Shown here piece after piece: positions 15,667 through 24,156 of a stretch of DNA of 35,429 bases. Each line of letters opens with the position of its first letter. The stretch's first letter is position 1. The translations under genes and the position numbers were made by a program. The notes beneath the pieces were generated by a model. That model was not told the DNA's origin. It made no database searches and saw nothing but the letters and a program-made list of their open reading frames with translations. This DNA comes from a virus (Duplodnaviria; Caudoviricetes). The stretch spans positions 1 to 35,429 of IMG/VR virus record IMGVR_UViG_3300042299_000631. One strand, 5' to 3'.

Positions 15667-15950
15667 TTGGAAAAGAGGTCCTGGAGTTCGGAGACGGTGA
15701 CCGTGATGGGAGGGGCTTGGGGTTTAGTCGGGTCAAAGTCGGCCGGGGTGAAGGGCCGCGAGCGTTTTTTGGGGTTGCGGTTGAGGTTGGCGAGGAGGGC
15801 CATCACCGAAGAGACCGCGCCCCAGGTGAAGCGGCGGCGGGCCTCGGCCATGGCGGCCAGTTCGCGGAGCGTCAACCGTAAAGGGCAGACACCGACGACC
15901 CCGGCGTGGGCATAACAGAGGGCGAGGATGGTGGAGGTGGTGACGGTGGG
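15573..15950 (-). CDS. Tail assembly chaperone C-terminal (gpT-like) frame, probably reached by -1 frameshift
   Basis: -1 frame relative to 15872..16372 reads ...ILALCYAHAGVVGVCPLRLTLRELAAMAEARRR...FTPADFDP; lies between TAC and TMP; 5' boundary approximate. Confidence 0.6.
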   Translation of the reverse strand, partial: PTVTTSTILALCYAHAGVVGVCPLRLTLRELAAMAEARRRFTWGAVSSVMALLANLNRNPKKRSRPFTPADFDPTKPQAPPITVTVSELQDLFSKCRKSKPARPTSSSRRATRGSSPASPPLNDD

Positions 15951-16372
15951 TTGATTGCTTGGCGTGCGATCGCGTGGGGGTCGATTGCTTGGAGCATTTC
16001 CTCGGCCTTGGCTAGGGTCGCCGTCTCGGTCTCGCGCAGTTTGGCGCGGGCGAGGTTGAGGAGACGGCGCCGGGACTCCGGGAGGAATTCGACCATTCCT
16101 TCGAGGAGGGCCTCGGTGGCCTGGTCGATGACGTCGCCGGCGAGGAGGCGGCCGAAGTCGGTGTCGGTGATCATGGCCGTCGCGGCTTGCTCTTGGCAGA
16201 CGAGCCAGAGGAGGTCGGCCAGGGCGATCGGGTCGGAGCTAAGTCGGGCGAGGAGTGGGCCGCCGGCGCCGAGTTCGGGGAGGTCGAACCCGAGAGACTT
16301 GGCGCGGCGGAGGGTGTCGACCGTGATCCGGACGTGCCAGACTCGGCCAGAAGTGTCTTGGAAAGTGGCCAT
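15872..16372 (-). CDS. Tail assembly chaperone (gpG-like)
   Basis: Between tail tube and TMP; MATFQDTSGRVWHVRITV...; Pro/Ser-rich C-terminus typical of a dual-coded overlap. Confidence 0.8.
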   Translation of the reverse strand: MATFQDTSGRVWHVRITVDTLRRAKSLGFDLPELGAGGPLLARLSSDPIALADLLWLVCQEQAATAMITDTDFGRLLAGDVIDQATEALLEGMVEFLPESRRRLLNLARAKLRETETATLAKAEEMLQAIDPHAIARQAINPPSPPPPSSPSVMPTPGSSVSALYG

Positions 16373-16387
16373 CGATTTCCGTTGGGG

Positions 16388-16428
16388 TAAAACATGGGCC
16401 GCCGGCCGAGCGAGTCGACCGGCGGCCC
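16388..16428 (-). terminator. Terminator-like hairpin after the tail tube gene
   Basis: Minus strand GGGCCGCCGGTCGA-CTCGC-TCGGCCGGCGGCCC-ATGTTTT. Confidence 0.55.
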
Positions 16429-16458
16429 CTTCTCAAAGTGTTTGCGGTTAGGCCGAGA

Positions 16459-16881
16459 TCACGGCCCGGGCGGAGGAGCGGGCGCGGCGTTGTTGATGCC
16501 GGCGCCGTCTTCGGCATAGGTGGGCTTCATCGTGACGTTGGCGCCGATGCCCTCTTCGAGTCCTTGGTTCACTTCGAACCCCATCACCTCGCAGTCGAGG
16601 ACGACGGTGGCGCCGACGTCGGAGATCGAGACCTCGACCGGATCGCCGGAGAGGTATTTCGCGTAGAGATCGTCGAAGGTTGAATCACCCTCGGCGTTCA
16701 TGACCATGAACGTGATCTCGGCCTCTTTCAGTGTGCCGACGACGGCGCGCCAGCCTTGGTTATTGCGGGTGGTGACGTCGGCCTCGGCCTTGGAGAAGTT
16801 GACGGCGAGGTCGCGGACGTTGGTCACCTCGACGCCGTCGAGTTCGAGAACGGCGTCGAGGCCTAGTTTGATGTCGGGCAT
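16459..16881 (-). CDS. Major tail (tube) protein
   Basis: EVTNVRDLAVNFSKAEADVTTR...GWRAVVGTLKEAEITF, siphovirus tube pattern; position before TAC. Confidence 0.85.
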   Translation of the reverse strand: MPDIKLGLDAVLELDGVEVTNVRDLAVNFSKAEADVTTRNNQGWRAVVGTLKEAEITFMVMNAEGDSTFDDLYAKYLSGDPVEVSISDVGATVVLDCEVMGFEVNQGLEEGIGANVTMKPTYAEDGAGINNAAPAPPPGP

Positions 16882-16973
16882 GTCGCGCGGTGGGTTTGGG
16901 GACTTGCGGGGGCCGCCGGTTAATTCATTGCCGCCGGCGGCCCCCTCTTCGGTGTGAGCGGTCAGAGTGCGAC

Positions 16974-17017
16974 AGGTTAGGCGGGCCAGGTGGGGAGCTT
17001 TTACACGGTGCGCGGCG
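16974..17017 (-). promoter_or_regulatory. Late promoter motif (tail tube)
   Basis: GTGTAA-N21-TAACCT; 16994..17017 is identical over 24 bp to 27940..27963. Confidence 0.75.
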
Positions 17018-17030
17018 TGTCGCGTGTGGG

Positions 17031-17681
17031 TCAGTTGCCGACGACAGTGTTCCGCCAGAAGTCGGGGAGCGCCGGCGCGGCCGCTAGAAGGGCCGGGCGC
17101 ATGAAGGGGCGCGCGGCTTGAATGCGCGCGGCCTTGCGGTTGCGTGCGGCCTTGGCGCGGAGGTCGTCGGAGATGATGGCGTTGGCGCGGCGGGCTTGGT
17201 CGGCGGAGCGGATGAAGGCGCGGACGAGCTTGCCGGTTTTTTTGTCGCGCCGGATCGGGGCGTGGACGCCGGGGACGGCGGGGGTGAAGTCGGGCGCGGG
17301 TTCGGGGATCCGGCGGCCGCCGAATTCCAACAGGTTCCAGAGGCGGCCGGCCGATTCGCGCGCGGGGCCGATGGCGACCGAGTCGCGCGCCGGGCCGAGG
17401 TCGAAGCGGATGGCGTGCTTGATGCGGCCGGTCCGGGTGTGCGGCGGTTGGCCGGGGAGTGATCGGGTGCGCTTGCGGCGTTTGATCGATCGGCGGGCGA
17501 TGGTGCGGAGGTAGGCGCCGGCGCGGGGTAGCGTGCGGATGTTGGCGCGGCGGACGGCGGCGGTGAGCTTTTTACGTTCGAGACGGGCTACCGCCTTGAT
17601 ACTGAGGACGGGGGCGGACTTGGCGGCGGCGCTCGCCGAGATGTAGCGGCCGGTGATCGGGTCGCGCGGTTGGGTGGTCAC
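17031..17681 (-). CDS. Tail completion / neck protein (HK97 gp10-like)
   Basis: Basic protein; SLPGQPPHTRTG, LLEFGG, AARPFMRPAL. Confidence 0.75.
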   Translation of the reverse strand: MTTQPRDPITGRYISASAAAKSAPVLSIKAVARLERKKLTAAVRRANIRTLPRAGAYLRTIARRSIKRRKRTRSLPGQPPHTRTGRIKHAIRFDLGPARDSVAIGPARESAGRLWNLLEFGGRRIPEPAPDFTPAVPGVHAPIRRDKKTGKLVRAFIRSADQARRANAIISDDLRAKAARNRKAARIQAARPFMRPALLAAAPALPDFWRNTVVGN

Positions 17682-18106
17682 GGGCGGGCCGCGCGGGTCG
17701 CGAAGGTGAGGCGGAGGATGGTCTTGGCGGTCGAGTGGCGTTCGAGGTCCTCGACCGAGAAGAGGAAGTGCTGGGTCTCGATGTGGCGGCCCCAGTCGAA
17801 GAGTTTGAAGGCGAAGAGCTCGGCGATTTCGCCGGCGAGGTTGATGATCGGATCGGCGGCGGTGTCGGTTTTGGCATCGACCCGGCGGAGGACGGCGACG
17901 TCGATTTGGATTTGTTGGCGGCGCGAGGCGCGGTCGAGGAGTGAATCGGTGAGGGAGGTGGGGACGACGCAGACTTGGTTGGTGTTGAGCTCGGCCGGTT
18001 CGAAGCGGGGGACATAGCGCCGCGAGACCGAGACGGCGGCCGAGAGGGTCGCCGAGGTGATTTCGGCGGCGACGGCGTCGGCGATCGTGATGGCGAGGTG
18101 GGTCAT
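17678..18106 (-). CDS. Putative tail terminator protein
   Basis: IADAVAAEI N-terminus, 142 aa, position in the neck module. Confidence 0.6.
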   Translation of the reverse strand: MTHLAITIADAVAAEITSATLSAAVSVSRRYVPRFEPAELNTNQVCVVPTSLTDSLLDRASRRQQIQIDVAVLRRVDAKTDTAADPIINLAGEIAELFAFKLFDWGRHIETQHFLFSVEDLERHSTAKTILRLTFATRAARP

Positions 18107-18465
18107 GGTGTGACGCGCTGCGCGTGGATCCGGTAGGTGGTGCGCGATGGGTCGGACCAGCGCCAGAGGGGCTCGCCCGATGGCGGGAGGGCTTCGAAGA
18201 CGGCGCCGTCGGGCTCGATGAAGCGGTCGCCGCGCTGCGGGGTCGTCGCGAGGCCGTTGAGCCGGTAGGCGACGACGGGGACGAGGTAGTCGCGGATCCG
18301 CGCGGTGAGGACGATCCCGTCTTCGGTGGTGCGTTCGGCCAGGGTGTGGCCGATGACGCCGGCGACCTCGACGGAGTGAGCGCCGCGGACGATTCGGACG
18401 GTCTGCGCGGCGTTATCGGTGAGCGTTTGGCGGAGCCAGTCGCCGGCGCGGGTGAATAGGTTCAT
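18103..18465 (-). CDS. Head closure / head-tail joining protein (gpFII-like)
   Basis: 120 aa; RDYLV...PQRGDRFIE...WRWSDP...YRIH. Confidence 0.7.
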   Translation of the reverse strand: MNLFTRAGDWLRQTLTDNAAQTVRIVRGAHSVEVAGVIGHTLAERTTEDGIVLTARIRDYLVPVVAYRLNGLATTPQRGDRFIEPDGAVFEALPPSGEPLWRWSDPSRTTYRIHAQRVTP

Positions 18466-18866
18466 TGGGTGGAGGTCGAGCCGATGGCGGGTGAGGTGGT
18501 GCCGATGCGGCCGGGGTGGCGCGGCCAGGTCACGGGCTCGGGCGGTCGGACGTGTTCGTCGACGTCGCGGCGGAGCTCGGCGACCTGGTCGATCAGCGCG
18601 GCGACCCGGGCTTCGAGTCGGTCGAGGCGGTCGAGGCGGTCGGGTGCCGGTTGGGTGTCGGCGATCGGGCCAGGTGATGGCAGCGCGGCCGCCGGTGCCG
18701 GTGTGGTTGCGAACGGGTCGAGGCCGCCGGCCTGGTCACCCCGGGGGATGACGTTCGAGGCGATGAGGATGGCGAGGATCGACGGCGAGACGTAGAGCGC
18801 GATGGCCTTGGCGAGCATTATCGCGAGCGGACGGATGGCGGCGGTGGCGGGGTCACTGGTCGACAA
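18462..18866 (-). CDS. Membrane protein with TM segment and coiled coil
   Basis: LAIMLAKAIALYVSPSILAILIA then Pro-rich linker and DRLDRLDRLEARVAALIDQVAELRRDVD. Confidence 0.65.
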   Translation of the reverse strand: MSTSDPATAAIRPLAIMLAKAIALYVSPSILAILIASNVIPRGDQAGGLDPFATTPAPAAALPSPGPIADTQPAPDRLDRLDRLEARVAALIDQVAELRRDVDEHVRPPEPVTWPRHPGRIGTTSPAIGSTSTQ

Positions 18867-19131
18867 TTTCGGGGTCCTTCAGTTGGGCGGCGTGGTCGCG
18901 GAGGACGGTCTTGGCGAACCGGACCTTGGCGCGGTTGTCGAGATCGAGCCGGTCTTGTTCGGTGTCGTGTTGTGACAGGAGCGAGACCCAGGGTTGCGCG
19001 GGTCGCGATGGGCGGCGCAGCGCGAAGAGGCCAGCGGCAGCGAGCGCGATCGTGAGCCCGATGATGGCGAGGCCGCCGACGATGATGAGAGGGATGAGGA
19101 TCATGATGAGTTCGGAGGCTTGGCGGTCCAT
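18853..19131 (-). CDS. Small membrane protein (holin-like candidate)
   Basis: About 30-aa hydrophobic stretch LIMILIPLIIVGGLAIIGLTIALAAAGLFAL followed by RR and a charged tail. Confidence 0.65.
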   Translation of the reverse strand: MDRQASELIMILIPLIIVGGLAIIGLTIALAAAGLFALRRPSRPAQPWVSLLSQHDTEQDRLDLDNRAKVRFAKTVLRDHAAQLKDPEIVDQ

Positions 19132-19179
19132 GGTGGCCCGGGGGGTTGAGTGCGGTGGTTGGGTTGGTGGTGTGGTGGG

Positions 19180-19257
19180 TTAGTCGTCGAAACCTATACA
19201 GGCGGCGGCGTAGAAACCGAGGAGGATGATGGCGATGAGGACGATCGGTTCCATCAT
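19180..19257 (-). CDS. 25-aa hydrophobic peptide
   Basis: Below the ORF-track cutoff; TAATG coupling to the upstream gene; MMEPIVLIAIILLGFYAAACIGFDD. Confidence 0.55.
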   Translation of the reverse strand: MMEPIVLIAIILLGFYAAACIGFDD

Positions 19258-19853
19258 TAGTTGCGCCGGAGGTAGAGGGTGAGAAAGACGAAGAGGACGG
19301 CGCCGAGGAACATGAGCCCGACGAGACCGAGGACCAGGAGGCCGCCGACGATCGGGAGCCAGGCGGGGAGGTTGAGCCCGAGGTTGAGCGTGGGGGCGAT
19401 CGTGTCGGGGATGAGACCAGGCCGGCGGAGGAGCGAGGACGCGTCGGAGGTGAGGCCGTGGGAGGCGCGGTCGGCCGCGGCGGCGGATCGGAGCGCGGCG
19501 GCGAGGGCCGGGCCGCGTGGGATCGCGGCGCCCGAGGCCTTGTAGACCACCCCGCCATCGAAGCGGACCAGGGCGATCGAGGGGGCAGAGTCGGGAGGGA
19601 TCGCGGCGGCGAAGTGCGCGGCGTAGACCGGATCGCCAGGGGTGAAGCGGAAGACCTTGGTCTTGTTTGCGATCGCGGCGACCTCGGGAGAGGCGAGCGA
19701 GGCGGTGAGCGCGGCGCAGGCCGGGGAGGCGGGGTCGCGCGTGAGGATGAGGAGGTGGTAGGCGCGGGAGTCGTCGGGAGGCGTCGCGCCGTAGAGCGAC
19801 GCCGGCCCGATGAAGGCGACGAGGAGCCAGGCGGCGAGACGGGGGAAGGGCAT
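19257..19853 (-). CDS. Exported protein, possible thioredoxin-like fold, C-terminal membrane anchor
   Basis: Signal peptide MPFPRLAAWLLVAFIGPASLYG; beta strand-SPAC-helix...APSIALVRFDGGVV; C-terminal TM then RRN. Fold call is tentative (only one Cys). Confidence 0.6.
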   Translation of the reverse strand: MPFPRLAAWLLVAFIGPASLYGATPPDDSRAYHLLILTRDPASPACAALTASLASPEVAAIANKTKVFRFTPGDPVYAAHFAAAIPPDSAPSIALVRFDGGVVYKASGAAIPRGPALAAALRSAAAADRASHGLTSDASSLLRRPGLIPDTIAPTLNLGLNLPAWLPIVGGLLVLGLVGLMFLGAVLFVFLTLYLRRN

Positions 19854-19878
19854 GGGGACGCGTGGGTGTGGGTGCGGG

Positions 19879-20742
19879 TCAGTCTTGGTTGGGCGTGAGG
19901 CTTTGCGCCGATTGTTCGGCGGAGACGGTGCGGATCGCGGATTGGATCGAGGGGTTGGCGAGGTCGAGGCCGGTTCGGGTGGCGAAGGCGCGGAGGACGG
20001 TCTCGCGTTGGGCCGGGGAGGACCGGTCAAAACATGGTCTGCAGATGGCGAGGAGGGAGGTTCCGTCGTCGGCCCATATTTCCTTCCATTGGCGGCCGAC
20101 GGTGGGGCGCCCACAGGCCTCGCAGCGGAAGGCGCCGTGCTTGACCTCGCCACCCTTGGGGATGTTGGCGGCGGAGGATGCCGCGGCGTTGTCGGTGAGT
20201 GATCGCGCCGCGGCGGGTTGGGGTGTGGTCGCGGGCGGATCACCGACGGGGCGGCCGTCGATCGAGACGATCGAGACGCCGGGGGGGAGGAGTTCGCCGG
20301 TGAGCGGGTGGCGTTTGCGGTTCGCTTGGTCGATCGGCGCGGGGGCCTTGGTCGGTTCCGGTGCGGGTGGGTCGAGATTGTCGCGGACCATGAGCGGCGC
20401 CATTGGTGCGGGGATCGGCGCGGGGAGGATGCGCGGGGGACGTTGGGGACAGGTCGGACAGGCGAACGGGTCGGCCGATTTGATTTCGGCGGCCGCGAGG
20501 GAGTTGACGAGCCCAGCGCCCGAGGAGATTTCGAGGCCGCCGCCGGAGGATTGGTCGGGGCAGGTGCCGGAGGGGCAGGAGTCCGCGGGGGCGGCCGGCG
20601 CGTCGAAGGGGTCGGGCGATGCGGGGGCCGGTTGCGGCGCGACGCAGCCGATCGACATGAGGCAGGCGGAGACGATGAGGAGCGTGGCGGCGCGGATGAG
20701 GTGAAGCATGGGGCCGCGGCGGTGGTGGTGGTCTTGGTTCAT
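19879..20742 (-). CDS. Pro/Cys-rich lipoprotein with C-terminal Zn-finger-like motif
   Basis: ATGA-coupled start; lipobox-like LMSIGC; CPSGTCP, CPTCP, CEACG...ICRPC. Confidence 0.65.
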   Translation of the reverse strand: MNQDHHHRRGPMLHLIRAATLLIVSACLMSIGCVAPQPAPASPDPFDAPAAPADSCPSGTCPDQSSGGGLEISSGAGLVNSLAAAEIKSADPFACPTCPQRPPRILPAPIPAPMAPLMVRDNLDPPAPEPTKAPAPIDQANRKRHPLTGELLPPGVSIVSIDGRPVGDPPATTPQPAAARSLTDNAAASSAANIPKGGEVKHGAFRCEACGRPTVGRQWKEIWADDGTSLLAICRPCFDRSSPAQRETVLRAFATRTGLDLANPSIQSAIRTVSAEQSAQSLTPNQD

Positions 20743-21353
20743 AGTTGGCGGCGCTCGATGGCGTCGAAGAGTGGCGGAGGAATTGGAGGGTCGGCGAGGG
20801 CGAGGGCGAACCCGCCGTAGCTGGCCCAGTTGGCGAGAAAGGTGGCGCGGTCGATGCGGATAAGTTGCGTCGGCCGGTTGTTGTCGACGATGTTGGCGAC
20901 GGCGCGGCCTTCGACGGTCGAGAAACCGACAAAGTTCACACAGTGCGCGGGGTAGTACCAGATCAGCGCGGAGCGTCGGGTTTGGGTTGCCCAGTCGAGG
21001 AGACGCGGGTCGGCGTTGAGCGTGAAGACGTAGCGGAGCCCGGCGGCGTCGTGGTATTGGCGGATGGTGGTCGAGGTCTCGCCGCCGGCGTGGGAGCGGC
21101 GCCAGGTGGCGGCGTCGGCGGCGCGTCCGGAGTGGAGGAGGTTGTAACAGGTCGAGGCGTGGACGCAGGAGCCGGAGCCGGCGGCGTCGGTCCAATTATA
21201 CGGGCGCAGCGGCGCGACCAGAGACGGCGGTGTCGGCACGGCGCGCGGGGGTAGGATCCCGATCGAGCCGGGCGCGGGTTGCATCGTGCAGCCGGCGGAG
21301 GCGATCGCGAAAAGTGCGATCAGAGTGAGCGACAGGCGGCGGTGTTTTTCCAT
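20739..21353 (-). CDS. Lipoprotein papain-like (C39-like) cysteine peptidase
   Basis: Signal MEKHRRLSLTLIALFAIASAGC (lipobox); YNW...GSCVHAS (Cys), AHCVNFVG (His), IVDNN (Asp/Asn), RATFLANW as in C39-like domains. Confidence 0.72.
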   Translation of the reverse strand: MEKHRRLSLTLIALFAIASAGCTMQPAPGSIGILPPRAVPTPPSLVAPLRPYNWTDAAGSGSCVHASTCYNLLHSGRAADAATWRRSHAGGETSTTIRQYHDAAGLRYVFTLNADPRLLDWATQTRRSALIWYYPAHCVNFVGFSTVEGRAVANIVDNNRPTQLIRIDRATFLANWASYGGFALALADPPIPPPLFDAIERRQL

Positions 21354-21360
21354 GGCCGCG

Positions 21361-21390
21361 AGAGTAGGGGGAGCAGCCGGTGCGGCTTTA
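21361..21390 (-). promoter_or_regulatory. Late promoter motif (peptidase cassette)
   Basis: TAA-N21-TACTCT-N7-ATG(21353). Confidence 0.6.
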
Positions 21391-21404
21391 TTTGGCGCGA
21401 GTGA

Positions 21405-23264
21405 TCACGCGGGGACGGTTGCCGAGAGGACCGCGTTGGGCGCGTTGGGGATGGTGCGGCGGATGGTGACCAGGGTGTCGCCGATTTGGGCTTCGAGGTC
21501 ATAGGTTTGGGAGCGGAGGAGGTGCAGAGTGGCGAGCCCGTTGGCGTTGGTGGTGTCGGTGGTCTTGCCGGCGTGGATCGTGTCGACCAGTAGCGGGCCG
21601 GTGACCAGGTAGGCGCGGACGGTGGCCGAGGCGACCGGGGTGTCGGATGGGTTGGCGATGCGGATGGCGACGGCGCAGAGGTTGCCGGCGGCGGGTGGGA
21701 TGATCGCGGCGCGGGTGAGCGGGATGGCGATCGAGACGTCGCCCAATGGCCCGGGGAGGGTGACCGGGATGTCGGCGGGGGCGTCGAAGAGGGCCGGCGG
21801 TGTGATGCGGATGGTGTATGTGCCGGGGCCCAGGTCGAGGAGCGAGGGCGCGTCGGACTCGGTCGTGCGCAGGGTGCCGGCGACGCCGAGGATCCGGACG
21901 AGCGCGCCGGCGAGCTGGTCGCCGTCGTCGGTCGCGGTGATCGTGAGCCGGTGCGGCCCGGTCGAGGGTGGTTCGATCGTGTCGGTCTTGGCTTGGATGT
22001 CGCCCAGGGTGGTCTCGATGTCGTCGAGTTGCTCGGTGACGGGGGTGAGGTCGACGGTTCCGATCGTGTCGGTCTTGGTCTTGACTTCTAAGAGTGTTTG
22101 TTGAGTGGCGAGCGTTGACAGGTTGGCGGCGGTGATGACCGCGGTCCCGACGGTTGAGCCGACGGGGACGCCGACGGCGACCTGGTTGGCCGCGGGGACG
22201 GCGAGGGTTCCGGTTCGGTCGCCGAATTGATAGACGACGCCGGCGCGGACGTCGGCCGCGGCAGGGACTTGGTTTGATAACGACGAGTCGACGAGCGTCT
22301 TGGTGGGGCCGTTTGGTGAGGTGCGGAATTGAAAAACGTTATCGCTTGCGGATTGAATTAGAACAGCGCCCGAGACGGGTAAAGCGCCAAACGGCCCACA
22401 AAAAAACTTGCGGACAAAAGTTCGGGTGGTCGTCACAGCGTTTGAACCAGTAACGGCGAAAGATTGGATTGAGGTTCCGCCGCTTGGCCCAAAGTTATTT
22501 GCATATGCGTTTTCGACGTACAAAAAACCGGATCCGGTATTTCGTGATGCCGGTTCGACACCGAGGTTGCCGGCGTAGGCGTTTGTGACGTTAACGGTCC
22601 CGCTGCCAGCGTTTGTTACTGCGGCGTTGTCCGTCGATGCGCCCGGGGTCGTGCCGCCGAAAGCGTTGGTTACGTTGATCGTTCCAGCGCCATTGTTAAA
22701 GGCGCCTTCGGTGCGGAAACCCGTTCCCGAGTAGGCGTTCACAACGTTAACGGTTCCGTTCCCGCTGTTTGTTACTCCGTTTGAAAAGTTGAAATTTCCG
22801 CCGGAGGCATTGGTCCAATTCACGACGCCGGAGCCGGAATTGCGGACGCCGTTTTGTTGTTGCGTGTTAAGCGTGACGGTGGCGTTGCGTCCGGTCAGCG
22901 TTCCGCCGCCAGAATTGGTTACAGCAACGGCGGCCGTTGTGCTGTTTGCCACAATTGCGTCGCGGATCGTTACGGTCCCAGAATCGTGTGAACATTGCAG
23001 CGCGGCAGTTACCCCAAAAGCGGCGACAAAGTCGCAGTCAGTAAAGGTTAGCGAACCGCCAGCGCCGTTGATTTCCGTTTGTCGAATTCGAAAAAACCCG
23101 GTGCCGCTTGGTCCGGTCTCAAAACGGATTCCGGAGATCGAGGCATTTAGGTCGACAATAAAATTGCCGGCGCGGATAGTGTCGCCAGATTGTGGGATGA
23201 GGCCGCCGAAGGTTACGGCGTAGTTGGTTAAGTTGCCGGAAGCGACGGCGTCGATCGTTGGCAT
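21405..23264 (-). CDS. Fibre/adhesin-like virion protein (619 aa)
   Basis: Asn/Gly/Thr-rich repeats (NSGxGTVNVxNAY) suggesting a beta-helix; PAAADVRAGV...GTL linker; KTDTI coiled repeats; two C-terminal beta-sandwich-like domains. Confidence 0.6.
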   Translation of the reverse strand: MPTIDAVASGNLTNYAVTFGGLIPQSGDTIRAGNFIVDLNASISGIRFETGPSGTGFFRIRQTEINGAGGSLTFTDCDFVAAFGVTAALQCSHDSGTVTIRDAIVANSTTAAVAVTNSGGGTLTGRNATVTLNTQQQNGVRNSGSGVVNWTNASGGNFNFSNGVTNSGNGTVNVVNAYSGTGFRTEGAFNNGAGTINVTNAFGGTTPGASTDNAAVTNAGSGTVNVTNAYAGNLGVEPASRNTGSGFLYVENAYANNFGPSGGTSIQSFAVTGSNAVTTTRTFVRKFFCGPFGALPVSGAVLIQSASDNVFQFRTSPNGPTKTLVDSSLSNQVPAAADVRAGVVYQFGDRTGTLAVPAANQVAVGVPVGSTVGTAVITAANLSTLATQQTLLEVKTKTDTIGTVDLTPVTEQLDDIETTLGDIQAKTDTIEPPSTGPHRLTITATDDGDQLAGALVRILGVAGTLRTTESDAPSLLDLGPGTYTIRITPPALFDAPADIPVTLPGPLGDVSIAIPLTRAAIIPPAAGNLCAVAIRIANPSDTPVASATVRAYLVTGPLLVDTIHAGKTTDTTNANGLATLHLLRSQTYDLEAQIGDTLVTIRRTIPNAPNAVLSATVPA

Positions 23265-23888
23265 TTAGTCCCCTCGGAGTTGTGCGAGAATTTCGGCAAG
23301 GGTTGGGGGAAGGTCGCCCGAGGATTGACGCGAGCCGATGAAGGTGAGCGCGGACGCGTAGGCGGCGAGCCATTGTTCGCGGATCGCGGCGAAGGATTGC
23401 GCGCGGGTGTCGGCCTCGATGCGTTGGCGCTCGTCGAGGAGCTCGGCGCGGAGGGTGTCGAGCGTGGGGGCGGTGGTGCGGCCTTCATTGCGCCAGCGGG
23501 GAATGGTTGAGACCGATAGGCCGCGGAGCGCGGCGACCAGGTTGGCGGACCAACGGAGTGATTCGCCGAAGGTGGTGATCAGGTCGCGACGTTCGGGCGT
23601 GTGGAGTAGGAACCCAGGCCCGACCAGCGCGGCGCGAACGTCGGCGAGTTCATCGGCGAGGATGCGCGTGGCGAGGTCGCCCGTGGTTGCGGATTCGGTG
23701 ACGGCCAGGAGCGAGGCGCGGAATTCGAGGTAGAGCCGCGCGGGGATCCGTTCGCGGATGAGCGCCATGGTGATCGGCGTGGGGTCGATCACCTCGACCG
23801 GTTCGAGAAGGTGGGCCAGGAGCGCGGCGGCCTGGTCGTCGAGGTTGTCGGATGCGGGCGCAGCGGTAGCGGTGGTCGGTGTCGTCAC
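23265..23888 (-). CDS. Hypothetical helical protein (207 aa), abutting the fibre gene
   Basis: Stop immediately adjacent to the next ATG; normal codon style. Confidence 0.7.
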   Translation of the reverse strand: MTTPTTATAAPASDNLDDQAAALLAHLLEPVEVIDPTPITMALIRERIPARLYLEFRASLLAVTESATTGDLATRILADELADVRAALVGPGFLLHTPERRDLITTFGESLRWSANLVAALRGLSVSTIPRWRNEGRTTAPTLDTLRAELLDERQRIEADTRAQSFAAIREQWLAAYASALTFIGSRQSSGDLPPTLAEILAQLRGD

Positions 23889-23967
23889 GGTGAGGCCTGG
23901 GGTGAGGGTGCCGCCGTGCGTGGTGTGGAGCTCGCGCCGGTCCGTGAGCGAGCGGTCGCGGTGGTCG

Positions 23968-24144
23968 TCAGTCGAAGGAGTCGGGCGGGGTGAGCCGGTT
24001 GATGATGGCTTGCATCCGTTCGACGTTCTCGGAGGTGCGCAGGTGCGCTTCGTCGAGGCGTTCGAGGAGTTGCGCGCGTTCGCGAGATTGTCGCCAGATG
24101 ATCGCGGCCATCATCGCGACTAGGAGGATCGGCCAGATCGCCAT
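23968..24144 (-). CDS. 58-aa TM plus coiled-coil protein (holin-like candidate)
   Basis: Below cutoff; MAIWPILLVAMMAAIIWRQSRERAQLLERLDEAHLRTSENVERMQAIINRLTPPDSFD. Confidence 0.6.
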   Translation of the reverse strand: MAIWPILLVAMMAAIIWRQSRERAQLLERLDEAHLRTSENVERMQAIINRLTPPDSFD

Positions 24145-24156
24145 TTGTGCGGCCCG

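Noticed and set aside
21405-23264. Invertible fibre cassette (shufflon) driven by the second recombinase
   Set aside because: No flanking inverted repeats or reverse-oriented alternative fibre segments were seen.
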